Of a stretch of 60,757 nt of DNA, positions 9,721 through 18,779 are shown piece by piece. The notes beneath the pieces are model-generated. The model was not told the origin of the DNA and did not search any database. It saw only the letters and a list, made by a program, of their open reading frames with translations. Within the stretch, counting starts at the first letter, position 1; the number at the start of each line of letters is the position of its first letter. The translations under genes and the position numbers were made by a program. The DNA lies in contig JBHOSK010000002.1 in the NCBI GenBank assembly GCA_042584825.1, positions 1-60,757 on the forward strand. Direction: 5' to 3'. The DNA comes from Candidatus Aenigmatarchaeota archaeon (lineage in GTDB: Archaea > Aenigmatarchaeota > Aenigmatarchaeia > GW2011-AR5).

Positions 9721-10173
9721 ATGAAAATGACAAGAAAAATAATAATCGGGATAGTCGTTATTCTGATTTTAGTGGTTGGTCTAGCAATCGGACTTCCCGG
9801 CATTACTGGGAATGTCGTAAACGAAAACAATAACGAAGAATTCACGGTTCCATTATCAGAAGTATCAGAAAATGCAAAATTTTATGAATATGATTCTGAT
9901 GGGAAGACAATAAGATTCTTTGCAGTAAAGGCGAGCGACGGTACAATAAAAACAGCCTTTGATCAATGTGATGTCTGTTATAGAAGTGGAAAAGGATACA
10001 GACAGGAAGGCGATAACATGGTTTGTAACAACTGTGGTAATAAATATCCTATTATTGGGTTAGGTACAGAAAACAAAAACCCTGGTGGATGTTGGCCAAG
10101 TTATTTACCAAGTAAAATTGAAGGAGATAACGTAATCATTAAAAAGTCCGATCTTGATAAAGGGAAGAGCTAG
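9721..10173 (+). CDS. membrane-anchored Cys4 metal-binding protein (DUF2318-like)
   Basis: N-terminal TM anchor and Cys4 motif CDVC...CNNC. Sits between the HMA protein and CopA. The family name is from memory only. Confidence 0.45.
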   Translation: MKMTRKIIIGIVVILILVVGLAIGLPGITGNVVNENNNEEFTVPLSEVSENAKFYEYDSDGKTIRFFAVKASDGTIKTAFDQCDVCYRSGKGYRQEGDNMVCNNCGNKYPIIGLGTENKNPGGCWPSYLPSKIEGDNVIIKKSDLDKGKS

Positions 10174-10176
10174 ATT

Positions 10177-12363
10177 ATGAAAAAGAAAAAAGAAATTTCA
10201 ATAACAGGTATGCACTGTGCAAGCTGTGCTGCCAATATTGAAAAAAATCTAAAAAATGAAAAGGGTGTAGATAATGTTAGTGTTAACTTTGCAACATCTA
10301 AAGCAAATGTCGAATTTAATGAAAAAATAATAACCGAAGACCAAATTAATAAAAGAATAACAAGATTGGGTTTTGGGGTTATTACAGAAGAGAAAAAAGA
10401 CAAAGAAAAGGAATATAGAGAGAAAGAAATGCGAACATTGAAAATATTATTTTTGTTTTCACTTTTACTTTCAATACCGATCTTTATTATTTCGATGATA
10501 CTTCCTATGATTGGTGTTTCTGTTCCGAATCAAAATATAATTTTATTTATTCTGGCAACACCGGTTCAGTTCATTGTCGGATATAGATTCTATAAAGGAG
10601 CATATAATGCATTAAAAGCAAAGACATCGTCCATGGATACACTTGTGGCACTGGGTACTTCTGCTGCTTATATTTACAGTTTATCTGTTTTGACGATCCC
10701 TGGTAGTGAGGTTTATTTTGAAACGTCTGCTGTACTTATAACATTCATAATGCTTGGTAGGTGGATGGAAGCTATTACAAAAGGAAAAACATCCGAAGCA
10801 ATAAAAAAACTCATAGGGTTACAACCCAAGACAGCTATAGTTGTTAGAAAAGGTAAGGAAGTTTCTGTGCCTATAGAAAACGTTGTGGTTGGAGATATAA
10901 TCATAGTGAAACCAGGGCAAAAAATTCCTGTTGATGGTGTTGTTGTAAGAGGAGTATCTAGCGTAGATGAATCAATGGTGACTGGTGAATCGATTCCTAT
11001 TGAAAAGAAAAAAGGAGATACAGTTATAGGAGCAACGATGAATAAACACGGTTCTTTTGAATTCAGAGCTACCAAAATAGGAAAGGACATGGCACTTAAC
11101 CAGATAATTAAATTGGTAGAAGATGCGCAAGGCAGTAAAGCACCCATACAACGTATGGCTGATAGAATCAGCGGTTACTTTGTTCCAGTGGTTATTATTA
11201 TAGCACTTCTATCATTCTTACTATGGTTCTTTGTTTTGGGACAGGTTTTTATTTTCTCACTTACAATTTTTGTGGCGGTTTTAATAATAGCATGCCCGTG
11301 TTCTCTTGGATTAGCAACACCAACAGCGATTATGGTAGGGACAGGAAAGGGAGCAGAAAACGGAATACTAATCAAAGGAGCAGAAGCTCTTGAGAATGTC
11401 CATAAAATAACGACAGTTGTTTTCGATAAAACAGGAACACTAACACAGGGCGAACCGTCTGTGACAAATATTGTACAATTATCTAATATTAATGAAAAAG
11501 AAATTTTGAAATATGCAGCAATAGCTGAAAAAAGATCAGAACACCCATTGGCAGATGCTATACTTAATAAAGCAAAAAACATGGAGATACCAAATCCCAC
11601 ACAATTCAAATCCATTACTGGGTTTGGTATTATTGCTAATTATAAAACAAAATCCATATTTTTTGGCAACAGGAATCTTATGAAGAAGTATAATATAACC
11701 ACCCATAATGTAGAAGATAGAATCACAACGCTTGAAAATGAAGGAAAAACCGTGATGATACTTTCGATAAATAGGAAAGTTGTTGGTTTGATAGCAGTTG
11801 CAGATACTCTTAAGAAATCATCTAAAGAAGCTGTTAAAAAATTGCATGCTATGAAAAAAGAAGTTATTATGATTACAGGTGACAACGAAAGAACAGCTTA
11901 CGCAATAGCTAAAGAGGCTGGAATAGACAGTGTACTTGCAGGCGTTTTACCAGAAGACAAAAAAAATGAAATAGAAAAACTTCAGAAACAAGGAAAGGTG
12001 GTTGCTATGGTGGGGGATGGTATTAATGATGCTCCAGCTTTGGCTACATCTGATATTGGTATTGCTATTGGCGCAGGTACAGATGTTGCGTTAGAGACTG
12101 GTCAGATTATTTTAATAAAGAATGATATTGGAGATGTGGTAAAAGCAATTGATTTGAGTAACCATACAATCAAGAAGATTAAACAGAATTTGTTCTGGGC
12201 ATTCTTTTATAACAGTATTGGTATACCAATTGCAGCAGGTATGTTATATCCAGGCTTTGGTTTTCTTTTAAACCCAATGGTAGCAGGTGCTGCGATGGCA
12301 TTTTCTAGTGTGAGCGTGGTCTCTAATTCGTTGTTAATGAAGAGATATAAAATGGATAAATAA
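10177..12363 (+). CDS. copA: copper-translocating P1B-type ATPase
   Basis: N-terminal HMA GMHCASC, TM CPC motif ([11 protein letters not shown]), phosphorylation site DKTGTLT, hinge GDGINDAP. Confidence 0.95.
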   Translation: MKKKKEISITGMHCASCAANIEKNLKNEKGVDNVSVNFATSKANVEFNEKIITEDQINKRITRLGFGVITEEKKDKEKEYREKEMRTLKILFLFSLLLSIPIFIISMILPMIGVSVPNQNIILFILATPVQFIVGYRFYKGAYNALKAKTSSMDTLVALGTSAAYIYSLSVLTIPGSEVYFETSAVLITFIMLGRWMEAITKGKTSEAIKKLIGLQPKTAIVVRKGKEVSVPIENVVVGDIIIVKPGQKIPVDGVVVRGVSSVDESMVTGESIPIEKKKGDTVIGATMNKHGSFEFRATKIGKDMALNQIIKLVEDAQGSKAPIQRMADRISGYFVPVVIIIALLSFLLWFFVLGQVFIFSLTIFVAVLIIACPCSLGLATPTAIMVGTGKGAENGILIKGAEALENVHKITTVVFDKTGTLTQGEPSVTNIVQLSNINEKEILKYAAIAEKRSEHPLADAILNKAKNMEIPNPTQFKSITGFGIIANYKTKSIFFGNRNLMKKYNITTHNVEDRITTLENEGKTVMILSINRKVVGLIAVADTLKKSSKEAVKKLHAMKKEVIMITGDNERTAYAIAKEAGIDSVLAGVLPEDKKNEIEKLQKQGKVVAMVGDGINDAPALATSDIGIAIGAGTDVALETGQIILIKNDIGDVVKAIDLSNHTIKKIKQNLFWAFFYNSIGIPIAAGMLYPGFGFLLNPMVAGAAMAFSSVSVVSNSLLMKRYKMDK

Positions 12364-12370
12364 ATGTAAT

Positions 12371-12464
12371 TGGGCCCGACGCGATTCGAACGCGCGACCT
12401 TCTGGTCCGAAGCATCGCCGATCAGATGATCTCAGACGCTCTATCCAAGCTGAGCTACGAGCCC
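12371..12464 (-). tRNA. tRNA-Arg(UCG) with a 19-nt intron at a non-canonical position (about 30/31, genomic 12414-12432)
   Basis: Hand-folded cloverleaf. Acceptor GGGCTCG/CGGGCCC, D arm GCTC-AGCTTGGATA-GAGC. The anticodon arm TCTG|G-CTTCGGA-CCAGA forms only after removing AGATCATCTGATCGGCGAT. Variable loop AGGTC, T arm GCGCG-TTCGAAT-CGCGT, discriminator A. CCA is not encoded. Confidence 0.8.
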
Positions 12465-13205
12465 ATAATAAAACATTTTTGGGTTTAGCTGTTTTTCTAA
12501 TATTTGTTTGCGATCTTTATATGTTGTATGTGGTGGACAAAATCCCCATTTTTTCCATATTTCATATCTACTGTATTTTGTATGATTTTTACATCCAATG
12601 AGTTTCATCCAATTCTCTACATTATTACCTCTTACCCAAATTCTAAATCTCTTATGCTCTTTAATGTTTTTTGGTGTATGATAATCTGTCCAATATACTA
12701 TTTGTAAATCATTAAGAACTCTTTTCATGTTAAAAAACAATGCTTTAGATATGCTTGTTAAAATCAATCGTGGATAATAATGATATCTCCTTTTGAATTT
12801 TGTGTAATTTTTATCATATCTTCTGTCGAATGTCAAACACCCATCTGTATCTAAAACTCCTCTGAGAAAAAGAGCTTTCGTCTTAATATTTTTAGATTTC
12901 AAAACAAATTTCGGAACACTGACGGTTAATGACTTTTTACCATAAGGAAACCCAAAGCCGTGCATTTTTCTTATAACTTTTTCATCTCTTATTACAAACC
13001 CGTATGTGTTTCTAGATTTAAACAACTTTCCTTTAATTTTTATGTCAAATACTTTTGAAAACAGAGGAATAACATAATTATCATAATAATCTTTCTCTTC
13101 TATAGATCCGCTTATATCTAGTTCAATTCGTTTTCCATCATTTCTTAAATATCCATCACCAGCATGTATTCCACATATCTCGGCTAGTTTTTCTTCGAAT
13201 TTCAT
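12441..13205 (-). CDS. free-standing LAGLIDADG-type (DOD) endonuclease-like protein
   Basis: Two LAGLIDADG-like motifs (GIHAGDGYL and LRGVLDTDGCL) about 100 aa apart. The last 8 codons overlap the 5' end of the co-directional tRNA-Arg. Confidence 0.65.
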   Translation of the reverse strand: MKFEEKLAEICGIHAGDGYLRNDGKRIELDISGSIEEKDYYDNYVIPLFSKVFDIKIKGKLFKSRNTYGFVIRDEKVIRKMHGFGFPYGKKSLTVSVPKFVLKSKNIKTKALFLRGVLDTDGCLTFDRRYDKNYTKFKRRYHYYPRLILTSISKALFFNMKRVLNDLQIVYWTDYHTPKNIKEHKRFRIWVRGNNVENWMKLIGCKNHTKYSRYEIWKKWGFCPPHTTYKDRKQILEKQLNPKMFYYGLVAQLG

Positions 13206-13283
13206 TCAATATAAATTTTTATTATATTTATTAACAATTTTACCAAGATCATGGAAAGTGAAAAGTAATTAAAATAAAAAAAA

Positions 13284-13892
13284 TTAAAAGAAAACATCTT
13301 CTTTACTGAAGCGTGTTTTTGGTCTTGGTTCGTCGGCTGCATAGCCAATTGGACAGATAACTGTTGGTATAAGGTTGTCTGGTAGATTCAATATTTTTGA
13401 ATATTCTTTTGCAGTGAATCCTTCCATTGGGCATGAATCAAGACCCAAAGATTTAGCACCATTTAGAGCATTTCCTAAGGCTATGTAAAGCTGATGTTGT
13501 AACCAAGCAGTTCTTTGTTCACCTGTTACATATTGCACGGCACCTTTCACCATATCGATGTATGCTTTTATTTTGTCATCTGACATTCCTGATTCTTTTG
13601 ATAGTTTTTCCAATCTTTCTAACAAGCCGTCTACATCAGTATCAACGCAAAATACAAGCAGATGGGAACACGTTGTTATTTGTTCTTGATTCCATGACAC
13701 TGGAAATAATTTTAGTTTTGTTTCATCATCGCTTATGATCTTTATTTTCCATGGTTGTATATTGAGTGATGATGCAGAATATCTTATCATCTCTAGTAGT
13801 TGGTTTAATTTATCTTCGGGTACTTTCTCTTCAGTAAATTTTTTTGTTGCATACCTACTCATTACGATATCTTTGAATTCCATGTTAATCAC
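13284..13892 (-). CDS. NAD(P)H nitroreductase family protein
   Basis: Typical N-terminus (SRYATKKFTEEKV...IRYSASSLNIQPW) and C-terminal GYA...P...R motif of the NfsB/FRase-like fold. Confidence 0.75.
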   Translation of the reverse strand: MINMEFKDIVMSRYATKKFTEEKVPEDKLNQLLEMIRYSASSLNIQPWKIKIISDDETKLKLFPVSWNQEQITTCSHLLVFCVDTDVDGLLERLEKLSKESGMSDDKIKAYIDMVKGAVQYVTGEQRTAWLQHQLYIALGNALNGAKSLGLDSCPMEGFTAKEYSKILNLPDNLIPTVICPIGYAADEPRPKTRFSKEDVFF

Positions 13893-13997
13893 AGTTCTTA
13901 GTTTTTATAATTCATCCTCTTCTGGATTTGAGAAAAGAGTCGTTTTCATTAATTGGTGGTTAACCTTTATAAGCGTTTTGTTTATATTGAATAGGTT

Positions 13998-14315
13998 ATG
14001 ATATTTACAATTATTCCGTATAAAGCTGGACCCGAAGAAGAACGCAGAATTAATGTTTATAGAGGTCCTAACGTAGATCCTTTTAAAAGTAAGTATAGTT
14101 TTATTGGTTTAGATCAGGATGAACCCATTGAAAAACTTTCAGGGGCTTTGCGTCTTGTTTTAAGATCATATAGTCTTCCAGGAAGACCTGATACATGTAG
14201 AATTCTGTATAATTTTCCTGGACTTAGATATATGAGTGACGGACAAGTTCTTCCATTTGATGATGATGAGTTAGATAAAGTTGTTGAAGCTACCCAGGAT
14301 GCTTTACGCAATTAG
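13998..14315 (+). CDS. hypothetical protein
   Basis: 105-aa ORF filling an intergenic gap. No motif recognised. Confidence 0.35.
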   Translation: MIFTIIPYKAGPEEERRINVYRGPNVDPFKSKYSFIGLDQDEPIEKLSGALRLVLRSYSLPGRPDTCRILYNFPGLRYMSDGQVLPFDDDELDKVVEATQDALRN

Positions 14316-14316
14316 A

Positions 14317-15591
14317 TTAAGGATAAGATCTATTGATAACACGAGGGAAAGGTTGTGTATCGCGTATGTGTTCTAGATTGCATAACCACTTTACCAAACG
14401 TTCAATACCCATACCAAAACCCGAGTGTGGGACAGAACCAAATTTTCTGAGATCTAGGTACCATTCATATGATTTTAGGTCTTCATTACCCTTCTTAAGA
14501 CGTTCTACAAGTTTGTCGAAATCAGTTTCACGTTCACTACCACCAATGATTTCTCCAAATCCTTCTGGTCCAAGCAGGTCGTTGCATAAAAATGTTCTTG
14601 GATCTTCTGGATTTTCTTTCATGTAAAATGCTTTGGCTTCAATTGGATATTTTTCTATAAACATCGGTTTTTTCTCTTTTTCTGTTAAGAAAACTTCTTC
14701 TTTTGCTCCAAGATCCTTACCCCATTCGATATCAAAACCATTATCCTGTAAGAAATGAATTGCTTCTTCGTAACTCATTATTTTGAAAGGAGGTTTTATT
14801 TTTTTCAAATCTTTTGGATCACGACCAAGAAATTCCAATTCAGTTTTCATTCGCTTCGCGACGGACTGACAAATATGTGAAACCATTTGTTCCTGAATTT
14901 CCATGTTTTCCCTGTGTTCAACCCATGCTGCTTCTGGTTCTAAGTGCCAATATTCAGTTAAATGACGGGTTGTTCGAGATTTTTCTGCTCTGAATGACGG
15001 TGTTATTGCATAAACCTTTTCTAAACCAAAAATCAATGCTTCCTGATAAAGTTGTGCAGATTGACTAAGATACGCCTTTGAATCAAAGTAATCAAATTCA
15101 AACAACGTTGATCCACCCTCTGTTTGACCTGAAACTATTATAGGAGGGGTTGTTTCAATAAATCCTTTTCCATCTAACCATTCACGCGCAGCAGATAGTG
15201 CAGCAGCTTTTACCTTAAAGATCATTGTTTGCTTACGTGAGCGTAACCACAAATGGCGTTTGTCGAGTAAAAATTCTGTGCTTTGGTCTTTTGTTATTGG
15301 AAATACATCGGCTTTGTGTGAAACACTCATATTTTTTATATCAATTTCATAACCACCTGGAGCACGATCGTCTTTTTTTAATTTTCCAGTTATGTTTAAA
15401 CTTGATTCAATGAAAATATCTTTTGCTTCTTCAAAATGGGGTGACCCTTCTTTAGCTGTACATTGTATTATACCGGTTGAATCTCTGAGTATGATAAAAA
15501 CAAGATTTTTACTGGCTCTTTGTCTATAGACCCAGCCTCTAACAGAGACGTCTTTACCGGTTAGTTTGTCATTTATTTCATTTATTTTCAT
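14317..15591 (-). CDS. asnS: asparaginyl-tRNA synthetase
   Basis: Class IIb motifs FRAEKSRTTRHLTEYWHLEPE and GEIIGGSERE...WYLDLRKFGSVPHSGFGMGIERLV...IRD..PFPR. GGSxRE rather than GGQRIH favours AsnRS over AspRS. Confidence 0.9.
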   Translation of the reverse strand: MKINEINDKLTGKDVSVRGWVYRQRASKNLVFIILRDSTGIIQCTAKEGSPHFEEAKDIFIESSLNITGKLKKDDRAPGGYEIDIKNMSVSHKADVFPITKDQSTEFLLDKRHLWLRSRKQTMIFKVKAAALSAAREWLDGKGFIETTPPIIVSGQTEGGSTLFEFDYFDSKAYLSQSAQLYQEALIFGLEKVYAITPSFRAEKSRTTRHLTEYWHLEPEAAWVEHRENMEIQEQMVSHICQSVAKRMKTELEFLGRDPKDLKKIKPPFKIMSYEEAIHFLQDNGFDIEWGKDLGAKEEVFLTEKEKKPMFIEKYPIEAKAFYMKENPEDPRTFLCNDLLGPEGFGEIIGGSERETDFDKLVERLKKGNEDLKSYEWYLDLRKFGSVPHSGFGMGIERLVKWLCNLEHIRDTQPFPRVINRSYP

Positions 15592-16010
15592 TGTTGCTCA
15601 CTTATTGAATTAATGTTCTTTAGTAATAAAACTAACTCATCAGTTGAATCTACAATATTATCAAGAAAGTTCCTTACCATTCTTCCTATTGTCTGTGTTT
15701 CATCTACCTTAAGTCCTACTATTTTTTTATCAAGAGCTCTTGCAAACCCAGCTTCCATGTATATACCTCTTGAATCTGAAAGTACAATTATCAAACCTTC
15801 ACTCTTTTGTATTGCTTTTATGTTCTGGAGGAATATTTGTTTTGGTGGCATTGTCTGATCTGTATCGCGTTGTGGTAGATATATAACAATACCATCATCC
15901 TCTAGTTTTTTTGCAATTCTTTCATTTCTTCTTAGATAATATTCCTTGTTCAGGTCTTTTATGGCATTTGGATCAGTTACAGGAGATGATAAATAAAACA
16001 TTGTTATCAA
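15588..16010 (-). CDS. nucleoside 2-deoxyribosyltransferase-like protein
   Basis: LIIVLSDSRGIYMEAGFARALDKKIVGL resembles the ...D.GT.fE.GyA.A.gKP motif of this family. 4-nt overlap with asnS. Confidence 0.45.
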   Translation of the reverse strand: MITMFYLSSPVTDPNAIKDLNKEYYLRRNERIAKKLEDDGIVIYLPQRDTDQTMPPKQIFLQNIKAIQKSEGLIIVLSDSRGIYMEAGFARALDKKIVGLKVDETQTIGRMVRNFLDNIVDSTDELVLLLKNINSISEQQ

Positions 16011-16070
16011 TAATTAATTGACTATAAACATATAAAAAATCTTTTTATTGGGTAAAGTGAAAACATACTT

Positions 16071-16466
16071 ATGAGAAAACCTAAGCCTCTTGCAAGTCCG
16101 AAATATGTCGGTTTGTTCATAATAATACTCTTAATAATGCTTTTTCTTTTAGGTGGTGTTGTGTCGGATAAATGTATTGAAATAGGATCTCATACAGGTT
16201 GCTGGAAAACAACACCAATTAGAATTTCATCTGAATATTGTCCTACTGAAGAAGAATGTATAGCTTCACCAGAAGCACAACAGAATAATGCTGTTGTTTC
16301 ATTGCTTTTAGATGCTTGTAATGATGCAAAATTAGATGATTATGTCGATGCTTCACTAAATATGAGAATAAATGATGTCTTGAAAGATTTCACAGGATAT
16401 GATATAACTGCTCAAGAATTGTGTGAGTCACCAGGTACTCTTTTGGTTTATAGAAGTTATGAATAA
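16071..16466 (+). CDS. hypothetical membrane-anchored Cys-containing protein
   Basis: N-terminal TM helix and several Cys residues. No family recognised. Confidence 0.4.
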   Translation: MRKPKPLASPKYVGLFIIILLIMLFLLGGVVSDKCIEIGSHTGCWKTTPIRISSEYCPTEEECIASPEAQQNNAVVSLLLDACNDAKLDDYVDASLNMRINDVLKDFTGYDITAQELCESPGTLLVYRSYE

Positions 16467-16495
16467 AGTTATAAAGATACAGCCTATTTTTATTT

Positions 16496-16930
16496 ATGAA
16501 AGATCGGTTTAAGCTTATTCCAACTGCACATTTAATTTTAATTAAAGATGATAAAATATTGCTTCTCAGAAGATATAATACAGGCTATGAAGATGGAAAT
16601 TATAGTGTTGTTGCCGGGCATTTAGATGGTGATGAGACTGTTATGAAAGCCATGAAAAGAGAGGCTAAAGAGGAAGCTGGTATTGATATAGAAAATTTAG
16701 AAATTGTACATGTTATGCATAGGAAATCCGATGATGTGAGTAATGAGAGGATTGATTTCTTTATCAGAGCTGATGAATGGATCGGTGAAATTAAGAATAT
16801 GGAACCGAATAGGTGTGATGATTTGAAATGGTTCGATATTAATGAACTACCAAAAAATACAATATCATACGTTAAACAAGCTATTGAAAATATTCAGAAA
16901 GGTGTTTTTTACAGTGAACATGGCTGGTAA
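16496..16930 (+). CDS. NUDIX hydrolase
   Basis: Nudix box GHLDGDETVMKAMKREAKEEAGI. Confidence 0.85.
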   Translation: MKDRFKLIPTAHLILIKDDKILLLRRYNTGYEDGNYSVVAGHLDGDETVMKAMKREAKEEAGIDIENLEIVHVMHRKSDDVSNERIDFFIRADEWIGEIKNMEPNRCDDLKWFDINELPKNTISYVKQAIENIQKGVFYSEHGW

Positions 16931-16931
16931 T

Positions 16932-18128
16932 TTATGCCTTTTTCTTCATGAATTCATCTAATTTATCAAAAGCTTCTGACATTACATCAACTGGTGGGAG
17001 TATTACAGAACGGAAATGCCAATTACCAGCAGAACCGAAACCAGAACCGTATGGGAAAACACATCCAGTTTCTTTCATAACGTCTAATACAAATTCAATA
17101 TCATTTTTCCAGCTACCGTTTATTTCAACTTTTGGAAATATGTAGAAAGCACCGTTTGGTTTGTTTGTTATTATTCCATGTATGTCGTTTAATCGTTTGT
17201 AAGCAAATTCTGCACGTTCTTTTAGTTTTTTGTTTATTTCCTTTATGTGGTTATTATCATCGAAAGCACGTGCACATGCTTTCATTAATGGTGTCGATGC
17301 GCTTAGTCGTTGACGTAATATAGCATCAAATCCTGTTTTTAGTTCGTCAAGTCTGTTTTGGGAATCATAAAAATATGTATAACCAACACGCCAGCCTGGC
17401 ATTAAATGTGCTTTTGAAAACCCGTTGAAAATTATTACAGGTACATCTTTTGCAAGTGAAGCAACACCGTGGTATTCTGTGTCACCGAAAACAAGTTCGT
17501 CATAAATTTCATCAGAAAGTATTGGTAAATTATGCTCTCCTGCTATGTTGATTATTGATTGTAACGTTTTCTTGGAAAACATGCTGCCGCACGGATTATT
17601 AGGACTTATTATAACTATGAGCTTTGTTTTATCTGTTATTTGATGACGTAAATGATCAAGATCAGCTTGCCAATCGTTTTCCTCATCCATCTTATATTCA
17701 ACAGGTACACCACCAGCAAATTTTGTATACTCAATATAAGGTGGATATGATGGACAAGGTAGTAAGATTTCATCTCCAGTACCATGTTCAATAACTGTAT
17801 GAAGCAACTCATGTTGTGCTTCGCTTATGCCGTGTGTTATGTTTATATTATCTAGTTCTAAAGAGATGCCATTGAACTTTCTTTCTCTTTGTATGATACT
17901 TTGTTTTAATTCGTTATCTCCTTCTGACGCAGAATAATGGCCTACTTTACCTTTTACAGCCTCGGTAAGCGCGTTTTTTATGTGATCTGGTGTATCAAAA
18001 TCAAACTTATTTGGGTCACCTATGTTGAAATAATACATCTTTTTTCCAGCCGCTTCAATTTTTTTTGCATGAGCAACTATGTCTCTTAGTGGAGAACGTA
18101 AATTTCGTGTACGTGAACTCATTTTCAT
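16932..18128 (-). CDS. class I/II PLP-dependent aminotransferase (aspartate/alanine type)
   Basis: PLP-lysine motif NGFSKAHLMPGWRVGY, plus SPNNPCG and LSDEIYDELVF motifs. Confidence 0.85.
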   Translation of the reverse strand: MKMSSRTRNLRSPLRDIVAHAKKIEAAGKKMYYFNIGDPNKFDFDTPDHIKNALTEAVKGKVGHYSASEGDNELKQSIIQRERKFNGISLELDNINITHGISEAQHELLHTVIEHGTGDEILLPCPSYPPYIEYTKFAGGVPVEYKMDEENDWQADLDHLRHQITDKTKLIVIISPNNPCGSMFSKKTLQSIINIAGEHNLPILSDEIYDELVFGDTEYHGVASLAKDVPVIIFNGFSKAHLMPGWRVGYTYFYDSQNRLDELKTGFDAILRQRLSASTPLMKACARAFDDNNHIKEINKKLKERAEFAYKRLNDIHGIITNKPNGAFYIFPKVEINGSWKNDIEFVLDVMKETGCVFPYGSGFGSAGNWHFRSVILPPVDVMSEAFDKLDEFMKKKA

Positions 18129-18265
18129 AGGTTGATCTGTATTTGATTACTTAAATAACTTTGCGCCTAATAAAAAATTTCAAATAAAACAAAAATTTTT
18201 TTAGTAAAGCAATAAATACTAGCTAGTTCTAATAATGTTAATTCACGATGATGAGGTGAGTGAAA

Positions 18266-18358
18266 ATGGCTCTGTTTTTATGTAGGGTGTGTGGAGAAAT
18301 AACTGATGATAAGAAACCATGTGCAAATGGTTACAAATTCTGTAGAAAATGGATGTAA
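18266..18358 (+). CDS. possible 30-aa zinc-ribbon-like peptide
   Basis: MALFLCRVCGEITDDKKPCANGYKFCRKWM with GGTGA upstream. Below the ORF-track cutoff and unsupported otherwise. Confidence 0.25.
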   Translation: MALFLCRVCGEITDDKKPCANGYKFCRKWM

Positions 18359-18376
18359 CAAAGGAGATTTTCATAG

Positions 18377-18751
18377 TTATTGTATGGATTTTTCATAAAG
18401 TTTGTAAAGTTTATCCACATTTTTTGAACAAACATAGTCATGATAACGAAATCCACCACCCATTGATTTTGGTATGTGCAGTAATTCGTGTATAATTGTT
18501 TTTATTTTCTCTTCTTCGCTTAAGCGGTCAAAACGTTCTGAAATAACTTCAACGACATAATGTCCCTTTGTTTCTAATGCTATTTGCATGACTTTGGGAA
18601 GGCCATGACATCTTGCGATTGTTCTGCGTGATGTTGAACCACGGCTGCGTAAGAATGTTATACGAGAAAAATCATGGTTTAATCCAAGTACACTTGCTAC
18701 ACTTAATGCAGTTTCTTTTAATTCAAGAGCAGATTCATATTTTATTGGCAT
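18377..18751 (-). CDS. small predicted zinc metallopeptidase
   Basis: HExxH motif (IIHELLHIP) in a 124-aa protein typical of an archaeal predicted-metallopeptidase family. Confidence 0.6.
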   Translation of the reverse strand: MPIKYESALELKETALSVASVLGLNHDFSRITFLRSRGSTSRRTIARCHGLPKVMQIALETKGHYVVEVISERFDRLSEEEKIKTIIHELLHIPKSMGGGFRYHDYVCSKNVDKLYKLYEKSIQ

Positions 18752-18779
18752 GATAATAATTATAGGAGAAGATATTAAT

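Noticed and set aside
9429-9845. 138-aa minus-strand ORF spanning the HMA-fusion / Cys4 gene junction
   Set aside because: It is antisense to two plus-strand genes that carry clear metal-binding motifs. Its Pro-rich stretch merely mirrors the Gly/Cys-rich tail codons.
10170-11885. Several 77-146-aa minus-strand ORFs inside copA
   Set aside because: They are antisense shadows of a high-confidence P-type ATPase gene and have no motifs.
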